Counted from the first letter of the stretch, positions 12,019 through 36,525 are shown. The stretch: DNA of 64,000 nt from Macrostomum lignano (GCA_002269645.1 NIVC01000173.1:558001-622000); one strand, 5' to 3'. Notes: a model not told the origin generated them from the sequence alone. Numbers and translations: made by a program.

Positions 12019-14548
12019 ATGAAGCAGAAGCAGCAGTTGCCCAGCTCGAGCAGCGATTTCGACTGCGCTGAATGCGGTTTTATAATTCCAAAATCTGTAG
12101 GCAACTATCACCGCTGCTCTGTCTGTCTGCTGTCGGCTCATCTTGACTGCTCAGCTAGACTCTTTCCTGCCTCGCTGATCGCCAAGGTTGGGGCTGCCAG
12201 TTCATCCTCATCCAGCGTTTGCCGGTTTTGCAGCCAAAATTCCGCGTGTCAGAAGTCTGATGACAGCGGCAGTAATAATGCTGATAATTCTGAAACCTGC
12301 AGCTGTTTAGTATGCGAGAGGCCTGTGCTGTCCTCTGCCGAACAGTACACCCAGTGCCCGTCGTGTCTGCTCGGCGTTCATCGGCATTGCATTGTGAACA
12401 CCGATGCTAGGGCTGCCAGTTATCGCCAGTTGTTTCAAGATTCCACTATGCCACCGTTCTGCAAGTTATGCGCTAGTCACGTGACTACTAAAACTAGTAC
12501 TGCTAATCAAAAAAGGACCGCGGCTAGATCGTCTAGTTCCGGTTGGAAATTTCCTAAGGGCTTTGGCAATGCGGAAGCAACTTCCGGCGGCTCATCAAAA
12601 TTGAATTCCGATGGTTCAAGTGCAACTTTCGGTTCCGCAACGTTGAAGCCAACGTTGAAACGATCGTCTACTCGAGCTGCTACCAGGTATGCTTAATATC
12701 AAAGTCGTCTTGTAGCTGTTAGGGATAAGATTGCCATTCTTTGTAAAGTATAGTTCAAGCGTTTAGGGTCTGAATTACAGGGTTTAGGGTCTGAATTACA
12801 GGGTTTAGGGTATGAATTGCAGGGTTTAGGGTATGAATTGCAGGGTTTAGGGTATGAATTGCAGGGTTTAGGGTATGAAATACAGGATTAAGGGTATGAA
12901 TTACACGGTTTAGGGTCTGAATTACAGGATTAAGGGTATGAATTACAGGATTAAGGGTATGAAGTACAGGATTAAGGGTATGAATTACAGGGTTTAGGGT
13001 TTACAGAGTTTAGGGTATGAATTACAGGGTTTTGTGTCTGTACTAATAGTTTAAGAATCTGTAAATTAGGCTTTATTTGCAGGTCGACCGATATTCTGTA
13101 ATGCTAAATTTAGAATATTGAATACTTTTTTCCGAAGCTGAAATTCATTTTTTAGGGTCTGTATATAATTTCCACCCAAGTACAAAGTTAATAAATTAAG
13201 TTTAGTGTCATAATAGTATCAAGGGGCGTCAGCTGATATGATCCCATTTATTCCCCTTTCCAAGCACCGCTGGCGCTGGCGCAGATTCCGGCTATCAAGA
13301 ATCGGAAGACGAAGAGCCCAGAGAGAAGCTGAGCAAATTAAAAACATCGCTGAAAAAGAAAAAAGCCAAACTGCTTGCCAAGTCGAAGCCCGCCAGGGGT
13401 CATCTGTTGCCGAACTTGGTAAGTTCTAGCAAATTGGTTATCGTCATAGACTCTGACGACAATCTGTCGGACAGTCCAGTGACTTGCGTAGCCTGCGAAG
13501 CCCAACTTAGTCCGTCGGAGAAGTCTGTGGTGCAGTGCCCGACGTGTCAGCTGGCTTGTCACGACGATCCGGAGTGCTCCGCCGATGTGTTCCCGAGTCC
13601 GCCTAGGTGCCGACTGTGTCAGTCTGGGGCCACCGTGTCCACGCCTGCTGGCGCTGATGATGTAAGAGTCTGTTTGGCGGTTTGGGGGTGATTTGATTTA
13701 CTACTGGTTGTGCACATTGTTAGGGTGGGTTTTGGTGATGTACATTTTTGAGGTGGCAGTTTTGATGTTGTACATGGTTGGAGTGGGTGTTTTGGGGATC
13801 TACATTGTGGGGATGGGGTTTCTTTATGTACATTGTTTGAGTGGGTGTTTCGGTGATGAACATCGTTGGGGTGGGTGTTTGGGTGATGTACATTGTTGGG
13901 GGTGGGTGTTTGGGTGATGTACATTGTTGGGGTGGGTGTTTGGGTGATGTACATTGTTGGGGTGGGTGTTTCGGTGATGCATGTTGTTAGGGTGGGTTTT
14001 TAGGTGATGTACATTGTTGGAGTGGGGGTTTGGGTGATGTACATTGTTGGGTCGAGTGTTTGGGTGATGTACATTGTTGGGGTGGGTGTTTGGGTGATGT
14101 ACATTGTTGGGGTGGGTGTTTCGGTGATGCATGTTGTTAGGGTGGGTTTTTAGGTGATGTACATTGTTGGAGTGGGGGTTTGGGTGATGTACATTGTTGG
14201 GTCGAGTGTTTGGGTGATGTACACGGGGATTTGTAATTTCTTAGTGGGTGCTGACTCTGCAGCCTCTTCAAACACCATCACTAACAGAGACTGTTCAATG
14301 CAGACGGTTCGGAGGAGTGCCCGATGTGCTTGAACTCTCTGCCAAGTCAAGTGGCCACCCCTGACTGCTGTCCGCACCATCGCTTCTGCCCGCCCTGCCT
14401 TCGCAGCTGGGCTGCTGGCACGCGGATCTGTCCGCTAGACCGGCGGCCGTTTCGCATGCTGCAGGTTCGGGCCCTCACCCAGCCCGACACGGTGCTATCG
14501 AGCGAATTGGCCACGGGCTCGTCTAAAGCTGATGCCAGGATGTACTGA
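12019..14548 (+). CDS. Protein with three PHD-type (C4HC3) fingers and a C-terminal RING finger, 3 exons (12019-12686, 13265-13661, 14288-14548), ~441 aa
   Basis: CAEC..CSVC..HLDC..CRFC; CLVC..CPSC..HRHC..CKLC; CVAC..CPTC..HDDPEC..CRLC; RING CPMC..CCPHHRFCPPC..W..CPLDRRPF. Donors CAG|GTATGC (12687) and GAT|GTAAGA (13662) and acceptors at 13263-13264 and 14286-14287 keep the frame. The start codon is inferred. Confidence 0.75.
12761..13030 (+). repeat. 21-nt minisatellite (TTTAGGGTATGAATTACAGGG)n containing telomere-like TTAGGG
   Basis: Tandem units in intron 1 of the PHD-RING gene. Confidence 0.9.
13690..14222 (+). repeat. 30-nt GT-rich minisatellite (GGGGTGGGTGTTTGGGTGATGTACATTGTT)n
   Basis: Tandem units in intron 2 of the PHD-RING gene. 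Confidence 0.95.
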
Positions 14549-14559
14549 CTGCTTGTGAC

Positions 14560-15320
14560 TTGTGTGACCTGACCAGTGACTCTCACTGTGACTCTCCCAC
14601 TGACTCTCGTTGTCTCTCCCACTGACTCTCATCGTCTCCCACTGACTGTCAGTGTGTCTCTCCCACTGACTGTCAGTGTGTCTCTCCCACTGAGTCTCGT
14701 TGTCTCTCCCACTGAGTCTCATCATCTCTCCAACTGACTCTCATCATTTCTCCAACTGACTCTCATCATCTCTCCAACTGACTCTCATCATCTCTCCAAC
14801 TGACTCTCATCATTTCTCCAACTGACTCTCATCATCTCTCCAACTGACTCTCATCATCTCTCCAACTGACTCTCATCATTTCTCCAACTGACTCTCATCA
14901 TCTCTCCAACTGACTCTCATCATCTCTCCAACTGACTCTCATCATCTCTCCAACTGACTCTCATCATCTCTCCAACTGACTCTCATCATCTCTCCAACTG
15001 ACTCTCCTCATCTCTCCACTGACTCTCCTCATCTCTCCAACTGACTCTCATCATCTCTCCAACTGACTCTCATCATCTCTCCACTGACTCTCCTCATCTC
15101 TCCACTGACTCTCTCATCTCTCCACTGATTCTCTCATCTCTCCAACTGACTCTCATCATTTCTCCACTGACTCTCATCATCTCTCCACTGACTCTCATCA
15201 TCTCTCCAACTGACTCTCATCATCTCTTCACTGACTGTCCTTATCTCTCCCACTGATTCTCATTACTCTCGTCTATCCCACTGACTCTCATTACTCTCGT
15301 CTATCCCACTGACTCTCATT
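14560..15320 (+). repeat. 22-nt minisatellite (CCAACTGACTCTCATCATCTCT)n
   Basis: Tandem units starting just after the PHD-RING stop codon. Confidence 0.95.
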
Positions 15321-15785
15321 GTCTCTAATAGTAATATTAGAGATGTTAATAATAACCAAGATAATAAGTAATAAAAAAGCATTTGTGTCTCGACTGCTAT
15401 TTTTCGGTGATTTTTTCTTCACTCTGTGTTGTTGCGCGCGTGTGAAACTATCCAAACTTTGTATTACCTTAGCAAGCGTTTTTAACAATTTAGATACAAT
15501 TTACAAAGTTTTCCTGATTACTACTACTGATACTTGTTAATAGCATACTATCACTGGCCAGTTTTTCTTTTATTATTTTTATCTGAGCTCATCAAACTGA
15601 AAAATAGTTAAAAACGAACAAAATAAAACGCAAGCAATTATTATAGTATTTTGCTTTTTTTCTATTCAGCATTATTGTATGCGTGCGCGTTTGCATAGAC
15701 AATTGTTACTACTGCAAGTAGCTTTTTGGTTAACTTACTTTTTCTTGTTTTATTAGTAAGAAACTTGCTGACTAAACTGACTATC

Positions 15786-16387
15786 TCCAATCTAACAGGC
15801 ATATAGCTCCTGTCTAACAGACACAGCTCCTGTCTAACAGACACAGCTCTTGTCTAGCAGGTACAGCTCCTGTCTAACAGGTACAGCTCCTGTCTAACAG
15901 GTACAGCTCCTGTCTAACAGGTACAGCTCCTGTCTAACAGGTACAGCTCCTGTCTAACAGGTACAACTCCTGTCTAACAGACACAGCTCTTGTCTAGCAG
16001 GTACAGCTCCTGTCTAACAGGTACAGCTCCTGTCTAACAGACACAGCTCTTGTCTAGCAGGTACAGCTCCTGTCTAACAGGTACAGCTCCTGTCTAACAG
16101 ACACAGCTCTTGTCTAGCAGGTACAGCTCCTGTCTAACAGGTACAGCTCCTGTCTAACAGACACAGCTCTTGTCTAACAGGTACAGCTCCTGTCTAACAG
16201 GTACAGCTCCTGTCTAACAGGTACAGCTCCTGTCTAACAGGTACAGCTCCTGTCTAACAGGTACAGCTCCTGTCTAACAGGTACAGCTCCTGTCTAACAG
16301 GTACAGCTCCTGTCTAACAGGTACAGCTCCTGTCTAACAGGTACAGCTCCTGTCTAACAGGTACAGCTCCTGTCTAACAGGTACAGT
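15786..16387 (+). repeat. 20-nt minisatellite (CCTGTCTAACAGGTACAGCT)n
   Basis: Near-perfect tandem units. Confidence 0.95.
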
Positions 16388-17000
16388 TCCGTCCGACAGG
16401 CAAAGGAAAGAACAATTCGCAGATAGTTACGTGGCTATTATGTATATATACGTGGCCGATAAATCCAAACAAACTTTCCTGGGAATAATTTTACTCGTAT
16501 CGTTTCATCTTAGCGTGTCTGCTGGCTATCTAAGCTTCCGATCTTGGGTAGAGAGTGCAGAAACAGTTTAGAAAAATGGCTTGAAAGATTCCGAAATTCA
16601 TAGACGACCAGATGGTATTTCTAGGCAGAAAATGTTCGATGAAAAAAGCTTTTTCTGTACAAAGCCAAGAAATTTTTGATGAAAAGTACAGCCAGGTGCT
16701 GATGGTGGGTTCGGCCGCCTTGTGTAATTTCGACTAGTTTGGGGTGTATATTTCTCTGGCTTGCTTGAGGTTCTATCAAGTGGTTTCTTCAGGTACGGTT
16801 AATCTTTTACCTGCCCGTTGCAGCCTGTGTGCTTTGCGTACCTTGTCTTGTGCTGTCTTGTATCAGTTTGATTGACGTGCTGAAAATAGAGTAAAACAGA
16901 TCCGCCAATATTACCCCATGTATTTTTTGCATTAGCGGAAAATTTAGATATGAGAGGTGACCATGCAATGGGAAGATTGCTTGCTGAGTCAAGTTTGCTT

Positions 17001-18418
17001 CAAGAATCGCCCCTGAACCATCTACAATATTCGCTCCTGAAGCATCTACAAGAATCGCCCCTGAACCATCTACAATATTCGCTCCTGAAGCATCTACAAT
17101 AATCACCCCTGAACCATCTACAATTATCTTCCCTGAAGCATCTACAATAATCTTCCCTGAAGCATCTACAAAAATCACCCCTGAACCATCTACAATAATC
17201 TTCCCTGAACCATCTACAATAATCACCCCTGAACCATTTACAATAATCACCCCTGAACCATCTACAATAATCTTCCCTGAACCATCTACAATAATCACCC
17301 CTGAACCATCTACAATAATCACCCCTGAACCATCTACCATAATCTTCCCTGAAGCATCTACAAGAATCACCCCTGAACCATCTACAAAAATCACCCCTGA
17401 ACCATCTACAATAATCTTCCCTGAAGCATCTACAAGAATCACCCCTGAACCATCTACAATAATCTTCCCTGAAGCATCTACAAGAATCACCCCTGAACCA
17501 TCTACAATAATCTTCCCTGAAGCATCTACAAGAATCACCCCTGAACCATCTACAATAATCTTCCCTGAAGCATCTACAATAATCTTCCCTGAAGCATCTA
17601 CAATAATCTTCCCTGAAGCATCTACAAGAATCACCCCTGAACCATCTACAATAATCTTCCCTGAAGCATCTACAATAATCTTCCCTGAAGCATCTACAAT
17701 AATCTTCCCTGAAGCATCTACAAAAATCACCCCTGAACCATCTACAATAATCTTCCCTGAAGCATCTACAAGAATCACCCCTGAACCATCTACAATAATC
17801 TTCCCTGAAGCATCTACAAGAATCACCCCTGAACCATCTACAATAATCTTCCCTGAAGCATCTACAAGAATCACCCCTGAACCATCTACAATAATCTTCC
17901 CTGAAGCATCTACAAGAATCACCCCTGAACCATCTACAATGATCACCCCTGAACCATCTACAATGATCACCCCTGAACCATCTACAATAATCTTCCCTGA
18001 AGCATCTACAAGAATCACCCCTGAACCATCTACAATAATCTTCCCTGAAGCATCTACAATAATCTTCCCTGAAGCATCTACAAGAATCACCCCTGAACCA
18101 TCTACAATGATCACCCCTGAACCATCTACAATAATCTTCCCTGAAGCATCTACAAGAATCACCCCTGAACCATCTACAATGATCACCCCTGAACCATCTA
18201 CAATAATCTTCCCTGAAGCATCTACAAGAATCACCCCTGAACCATCTACAATAATCTTCCCTGAAGCATCTACAATAATCTTCCCTGAACCATCTACAAT
18301 GATCACCCCTGAACCATCTACAATAATCTTCCCTGAACCATCTACAATAATCTTCCCTGAAGCATCTACAATAATCTTCCCTGAAGCATCTACAAGCATT
18401 GCTCCTGAACCATCTTCA
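17001..18418 (+). repeat. 24-nt minisatellite (AATAATCTTCCCTGAAGCATCTAC / AATAATCACCCCTGAACCATCTAC)n
   Basis: Interspersed unit variants; source of the 530-aa IIVDGSG and 237-aa ITPEPST ORFs. Confidence 0.95.
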
Positions 18419-18960
18419 AGAGTTGCCCCTAAGTTTAAGTGTCACAAACAACATGTAAACAGAAAATATGCTGTGATGAAGCGCAGCTCTGCGTCTGCAG
18501 TTGTAAATCACAAACTTTATCAGACTTTAATGCATACTTTATCCCAGCTTAGTACCCCGTCAGACGAGCTGCATTTTACACTGGGATTACAGCAGCAATC
18601 TCATGCAATCTCTCAAGAGCTTAAGATCTATTTTGCGATTATCGACTTTTAGTCAAGAGGTTCGTATGCACTTTTGTTTAGAGTGCCGCTGCTAAACTCA
18701 GCAGACTGTGTCTGGGAGAGGCATTAGATAATTACATGCATCAGTGTTATGCACAAACTGTACAATACATGCAGCAAGTATTTATCGTCTGTCAACTCTA
18801 GTTTTTGTGGCATCTAGCTAAGCATAATAAAAAGCGAAAGCAGAAAACAGACCATTGCTGTGCTTGTGAGGCCTGTGTACTGGGTGTAACAGTTCTATTG
18901 AGCCGCTACGTGAACATCTACTCGTAAGTCAATAAGCCTATGATAGGATGTAATAAGTTA

Positions 18961-20906
18961 TAGTCAATCACCTGGGTTCTAGTCAATCACCTGGGTTCTA
19001 GTCAATCACCTGGGTTCTAGTCAATCACCTGGATTCTAGTCAATCACCTGGGTTCTAGTCAATCACCTGGGTTCTAGTCAATCACCTGGGTTCTAGTCAA
19101 TCACCTGGGTTCTCTGAGGCGTCAATTCGCGGGTGCCTTCGTCGGCGCGCTTGGAGACCAGCGGGAGGCCGAGTATTCCGACATCAGCACCGCCGTTAGA
19201 GCCGCTGCAGAGCAGACGGTCCCGCTGATGCGGCCAGCGCAAAAATCGCTGCCTGGCTGGCAGAGCGACCCCATCATCAGGTAGGCGCGGCTCAACATCG
19301 AGCGACTCCGCAGAAACCGGAGGCCCACAGGCGACGCTGAAGACGCATTTGAGCGCCTTCTTGACGAGCGGCAGCAGGCCGCTGTCGACGACGCCATTTA
19401 GGTCCATCACTGCAGCCGGCCCCGACGTGAAGAGCCGCGCAGTGTGGACGGCCGTCCGGACTCTGACGGGGCGCAAAAGCGCGTGGCGCTGAACCTTGCC
19501 GGCGACACGCCGGAGGAGCGCAGGAACGAATTGCGCGACTTCTTCGCCCGCCAGCATCGTGAACGCGCCTGCGTCGCCGCTGCCTGCCAGCTTTGCGCCC
19601 CCACTGGACACGCCGCTCCCAGCTAGGGACTTCTGCACCAGCCCAGTCACCACGGAGGACGTTGTGCTGTTCGCTCGGAAAACATGAGGCGGCAAGGCGC
19701 TCGGCCCCGACGAAGTTCCGGTCGAAGCGCTGCGGCTCCGCTGTGTGGCCTCCCAGGTCACAGGCGTCATGAACCGCGTGCTCGCCGGCGCTCCTGCGCC
19801 TACCGAGTGGACCGTCGCACACATCGTGCCGATACCGAAGAAGGCAGGGACAATCCGGAAAGAAGACCACCGAGGGATCTCGCTGATGTCCTGCACCGCG
19901 AAGCTCTTCAACCGGCTGCTGCTCGATCGTCTCCAGTCGGTGCTGCACCCGTACCTGCGGTACGAGCAGAACGGATTCCGGCCGCAACGCGGTACAGTGA
20001 CACAGATCCTCGCAGTCTGCCGTGTCATCGAGGAGGCGCGCATCCGCCAGTCTACGCTGATCATTGTCTTCGTTGACTTTCGAAAGGCGTTTGACTCGGT
20101 GTTGAGAGCCGCGCTTCCCTTTGTCCTTCGGGCCTACCGGGTACCCCAGCAGCTAATCGACGCTATCATGTCGCTGTATCGCGATAATCGAGCTGCTGTG
20201 GTGACAGCGGACGGCCTGTCAGACCTGTTCGATACTTCATCAGGAGTTCTGCAGGGCGACACGCTAGCGCCGTTCCTCTTCGTGCTGCTGCTGGACTGGG
20301 TGCTTCGGACCGCACTCCCCTCGGCTAATGACAGCTTCCTACTGCGCAGACGCATCGGTCGCCGCCACGGCGAAAAGCGCCTAAGCGTGCTTGGCTACGC
20401 CGACGACCTCGCCCTCCTGTCCTCGTCCGTTGAAGGCGCCCAGCGCCAGATCGACAGGCTGGTCGAGGTGGCATCGAGCGTCGGTCTGATCGTCAACACG
20501 CTGAAGACCGAGGTGCTGACTGTGCCGGCCGACATCCCAGCGGACCTGAACCGTCGATACGTGGACTGCCTGCTGTGCGACGCTGGCGGACTTTGTTCGC
20601 TCCCAGGCTCTGCGGCGCGCCATCTGACGCGCCCTGCTCTAACTGTGACTGTGCATGCGGGGTCGCGTATTTTGTTGTTGTTGTTGTTGTTGGGTTCTCT
20701 ATTCAAAATCACCTGGGTTCTAGTCAATCACCTGGGTTCTAGTCCATCACCTGGTTCTAGTCAATCACCTGGGTTCTAGTCAATCACCTGGGTTCTCTAT
20801 TCAAAATACCTGGGTTCTAGTCAATCACCTGAGTTCTCTATTCAAAATCACCTGGGTTCTAGTCAATCACCTGGGTTCTCTATTCAAAATCACCTGGGTT
20901 CTAGTC
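18961..20906 (+). repeat. 19-nt minisatellite (TAGTCAATCACCTGGGTTC)n interrupted by a LINE (arms 18961-19115 and 20691-20906)
   Basis: Same unit on both sides of the RTE insertion. Confidence 0.9.
19116..20690 (+). mobile_element. 5'-truncated, internally deleted RTE-clade LINE (reverse transcriptase) with (TTG)n tail and 10-bp TSD
   Basis: RT motifs IVPIPKK, RGISLMS, QNGFR, FVDFRKAFDSV, GVLQGDTLAPFLF, YADD (19745-20560); upstream part is frameshifted; tail (TTG)n at 20670-20690; TGGGTTCTCT at both 19106-19115 and 20691-20700. Confidence 0.9.
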
Positions 20907-21859
20907 AAAATGAATGAATCGTTGCGTGAGAACTGCTGCAGCTGTCTAAAAGATACTCTAAAGGAACCTCTAAAAAATTGTTTGCTAAAGGGATTAGCAA
21001 TCTGACCTCGGAATCATCAAGTCCACCATAAAAGCCATGTGCGATCAAACAGCTCAGAAGAATCTGAGAAAAATAAACATAAATTAAACTAAGAACTAGC
21101 TATACAAATATATAACAATGAAGCAGTAGGGAGAAGAGAGGGAGAGTGAGTAGAGGAGAGAGATCGGGAGACAGCAAGGGAAGAGGGGAAAGAGAGATGA
21201 GCAGAGAGGGAGAGAAAGGAAGGAAGGAACAGAGTGGGATAAAAGTCCAGCAAAGCGAGTTCTTCAATCTTTGGCTGGAGGGAGAGGGAAAGCGGCAGAA
21301 TAGAGGCAGGTATAAAAATTCGATGTCTATTTGCAGCTGTGGTCTGCACTCAAATGTAAATCGCGTGATCTGCTCCGCTTAATGCATGGATCATGTCAGG
21401 GTCTGCCTGGGTTTGCAGATTCAGAGCAATAAACGCGGAGACTGTATAGAAAGCTAAATGGCTCGCTTTTGCTCTGATCAAACAATAGCGAGGTCCATTT
21501 TGTTTCTGAGTCTTTATGTTCTCTTTTGTTTCACAATGGATGCTCAGCAGATGGACTAGATGGATTCAGTTAAAATTATTTTCGTCGGAGGCTACGTAGA
21601 AGACGCGAAACTGAAGAGTCCAGTAACCTGAAACTAATGAAACTGCTAAGCTTTTTTTTGAAGTACGTACTTAATATCGATTTGGAGCTAATGGAAGGAT
21701 AGTCGTTAAGTATTGAGTACCTGTTTTCAAATTAGGAAGATTGTTAACCCCAGGATTCCGCTCGAGATTTATCAGCTGTTGAGATACTCAAGCTGTCTTT
21801 CAATTAACTGCAAGGAGTTAACAAAAATTTGAGATAAAAGATAAACACAGCAGTTGGGG

Positions 21860-22765
21860 TTTGTGCGGTTAGAAAAGATAATTAAGGACAGTGGTGGGGT
21901 TTGTGCTGTCAGAAAAGATAAGGACAGTGGTGGGGGTTGTGGGGTTAGAAAAGATAAGGACAGCAGGGGGTTGTGCGGTCAGAAAAGATAAGGACAGCAG
22001 GGGGGTTGTGTGGTCAGAAAAGATAAGGACAGCAGGGGGGGTTGTGCGGTTAGAAAAGATAAGGACAGTGGTGGGGGTTGTGCGGTCAGAAAAGATAAGG
22101 ACAGTGGTGGGGGTTGTGCGGTCAGAAAAGATAAGGACAGTGGTGGGGGTTGTGGGGTTAGAAAAGATAAGGACATCAGCGGGGTTGTGCGGTTAGAAAA
22201 GATAAGGACAGTGGTGGGGGGGGGTTGTGCGGTCAGAAAAGATAAGGACAGTGGTGGGGGGGTTGTGCGGTCAGAAAAGATAAGGACAGCAGGGGGTTGT
22301 GCGGTTAGAAAAGATAAGGACAGTGGTGGGGGGGTTGTGCGGTCAGAAAAGATAAGGACATCAGGGGGGTTGTGCGGTCAGAAAAGATAAGGACATCAGG
22401 GGGGTGTGCGGTTAGAAAAGATAAGGACAGCCGGGGGGGTATGTGCGGTTAGAAAAGATAAGGACAGCAGGGGGTGTACGGTTAGAAAAGATAAGGACAG
22501 TGGTCGGGGGGGTCGTGCGGTCAGAAAAGATAAGGACAGTGGTGGGGGGGTTGTGCGGTCAGAAAAGATAAGGACATCAGGGGGGTTGTGCGGTCAGAAA
22601 AGATAAGGACAGCAGGGGGGGTGTGCGGTTAGAAAAGATAAGGACGGCAGGGGGGGGGTGTGCGGTTAGAAAAGATAAGGACAGCAGGGGGTGTGCGGTT
22701 AGAAAAGATAAGGACAGTGGTCGGGGGGGTTGTGCGGTCAGAAAAGATAAGGACAGCGGTGGGTT
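21860..22765 (+). repeat. ~34-37-nt minisatellite (AGAAAAGATAAGGACAG..GGGGGTTGTGCGGTC)n
   Basis: Tandem units with variable G-run length. Confidence 0.95.
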
Positions 22766-23041
22766 TTGCGCAGTTAAAATGCAAATATATTTTTTGCCAA
22801 ATTTGAAAATAAGTTAATCACTACACAAAGCGGGCCAGTTCAGTAAATAGATAAATGACTTTAAAACGATGATCTTTTTTATTGAAGCAGCTCGAAAACA
22901 AAAGAGGCATATAGAGTGGAGAATTCTGAATGGTTGGAGACCTGTATGTGGTTATATAAATAACAGAGTTACACCGAATACACTGCAAGGATTGATGGCT
23001 GGCGGTCCAACTCAATTGTAGCAATTTCTGATTTTTACTGA

Positions 23042-34715
<11,674 letters not shown>

Positions 34716-35258
34716 AGCTGTTGACTGATTGATCCCCAGATTAGGCGAAATTCTACATCCGGCAAATTGGCTTATAGTTTGCTGCGGGCACCAGATGCTC
34801 CAGAGGCAGATAGCGCAAGCAATCTATTGAGGGATTTCTAAGAAAGTAAAGCCTGTCTGGCTGCTTTCGTCCGTTCGTCTGTCTTTACTGCAACCGGAGG
34901 GGAGGAAGGAGCGTTTGCAGCAGAGCTCGACTGAGCAGTCATTGGATTGGATGTTGGCTGGGGTTCCTTTGCGGCCCAAGGTCGGCCATGAGTAGCGCTC
35001 CCATTGGTCCGTAGATTTCGATGGTCCTTGGATGCGCGTTAGAGGACCCCCAGTCAGCTCTGCAACTGTCTGTAGCTGGACTGGCAAATGGCAGTGGGTT
35101 ATTAACTGCAAAAGCTGCTCTCCTTGATTCGCTTTGGGACAATGACCTCCTTTGTCAGCCAGGGATTTTAGCAGGAACTTTTTCGTGTTTTTACAGATTT
35201 TGCAGACTAAAAACTTGAAAATACCTATTTTTGATTGCAGTAGAATCACTTTAAGTCA

Positions 35259-35775
35259 CTTTGATAGCTACCATTTTGATAGCTGCCATTTTGATAGCTG
35301 CCATTTTGATAGCTGCCATTTTGATAGCTGCCATTTTGATAGCTGCCATTTTGATAGCTGCCATTTTGATAGCTGCCATTTTGTTAGCTGCCATTTTTAT
35401 AACTGCCATTTTGATAGCTGCCATTTTGATGGCTGCCATTTTTATAACTGCCATTTTGTTAGCTGCCATTTTTATAACTGCCATTTTGATAGCTGCCATT
35501 TTGATAGCTGCCATTTTGATAGCTGCCATTTTGATAGCTGCCATTTTGATAGCTGCCATTTTTATAACTGCCATTTTGATAGCTGCCATTTTGATAGCTG
35601 CCATTTTGTTAGCTGCCATTTTTATAACTGCCATTTTGATAGCTGCCATTTTGATAGCTGCCATTTTGATAGCTGCCATTTTGATAGCTGCCATTTTTAT
35701 AACTGCCATTTTGATAGCTGCCATTTTGATAGCTGCCATTTTTATAACTGACATTTTAATAATTGCCATTTTGAT
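35259..35775 (+). repeat. 15-nt minisatellite (GATAGCTGCCATTTT)n
   Basis: Tandem units; source of the FDSCH / KMAAI ORFs. Confidence 0.95.
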
Positions 35776-36130
35776 GGCACAATAATAAAACAGGCCGGCA
35801 AAAAATGTATGTCTTTTATGTTCCCCCATCACCAATCGAAAAATCCTTAAGTCCCTGCTTCCAAGGCCATACGCATAAGAATTGATTATTGGCATAGATA
35901 CATGTACTTTTGCGAAAGTGCTGGGGTCAGTGTCAGTGGAACTTGCTAAATGCACTGGCAATAGATTACGCTCGTAACTAGGCTTTTACAATAGTTAGTT
36001 GGCTATGAAAGCATTGGAGTAGAAACGTTTTAAGCACTTGGGGATTTCTGTGAGTTCTTTGCAATGACAGCTTACTCACACAGAATAGAAAATGCGTGTA
36101 CTTATTTTCTAACCATCTTGCCCAACACAT

Positions 36131-36525
36131 AAGCCTCAGATTACACAGAGCCTGAAGCCTCAGATTACACAGAGCCTGAAGCCTCAGATTACACAGAGCC
36201 TGAAGCCTCAGATTACACAGAGCCTGAAGCCTCAGATTACACAGAGCCTGAAGCCTCAGATTACACAGAGCCTGAAGCCTCAGATTACACAGAGCCTGAA
36301 GCCTCAGATTACACAGAGCCTGAAGCCTCAGATTACACAGAGCCTGAAGCCTCAGATTACACAGAGCCGGAAGTGATACATCTCACAGAGCCGGAAGTGA
36401 CACATCTCACAGAGCCTGAAGTGACACATCTCACAGAGCCTGAAGTGATACATCTCACAGAGCCTGAAGTGACACATCTCACAGAGCCGGAAGTGACACA
36501 TCTCACAGAGCCGGAAGTGACACAT
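36131..36525 (+). repeat. 24-nt minisatellite switching unit mid-array (AAGCCTCAGATTACACAGAGCCTG to AAGTGACACATCTCACAGAGCCTG)
   Basis: Abrupt unit change at ~36360 with the shared CACAGAGCC(T/G)GAAG half retained. Confidence 0.9.

Noticed and set aside
16811-16879. 69-nt minus-strand stretch with good acceptor and donor
   Set aside because: No recognisable product and no partner exons; left uncalled.
16807-18652. 530-aa (IIVDGSG)n and 237-aa (ITPEPST)n ORFs resembling adhesin or mucin repeats
   Set aside because: Both strands are open only because the 24-nt unit lacks stops in those frames; there is no signal peptide, splice context or non-repetitive domain.
34824-35249. 141-aa minus-strand ORF upstream of ENaC (also the 5422-5668 and 32210-32656 ORFs)
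   Set aside because: No recognisable domain or convincing splice structure.
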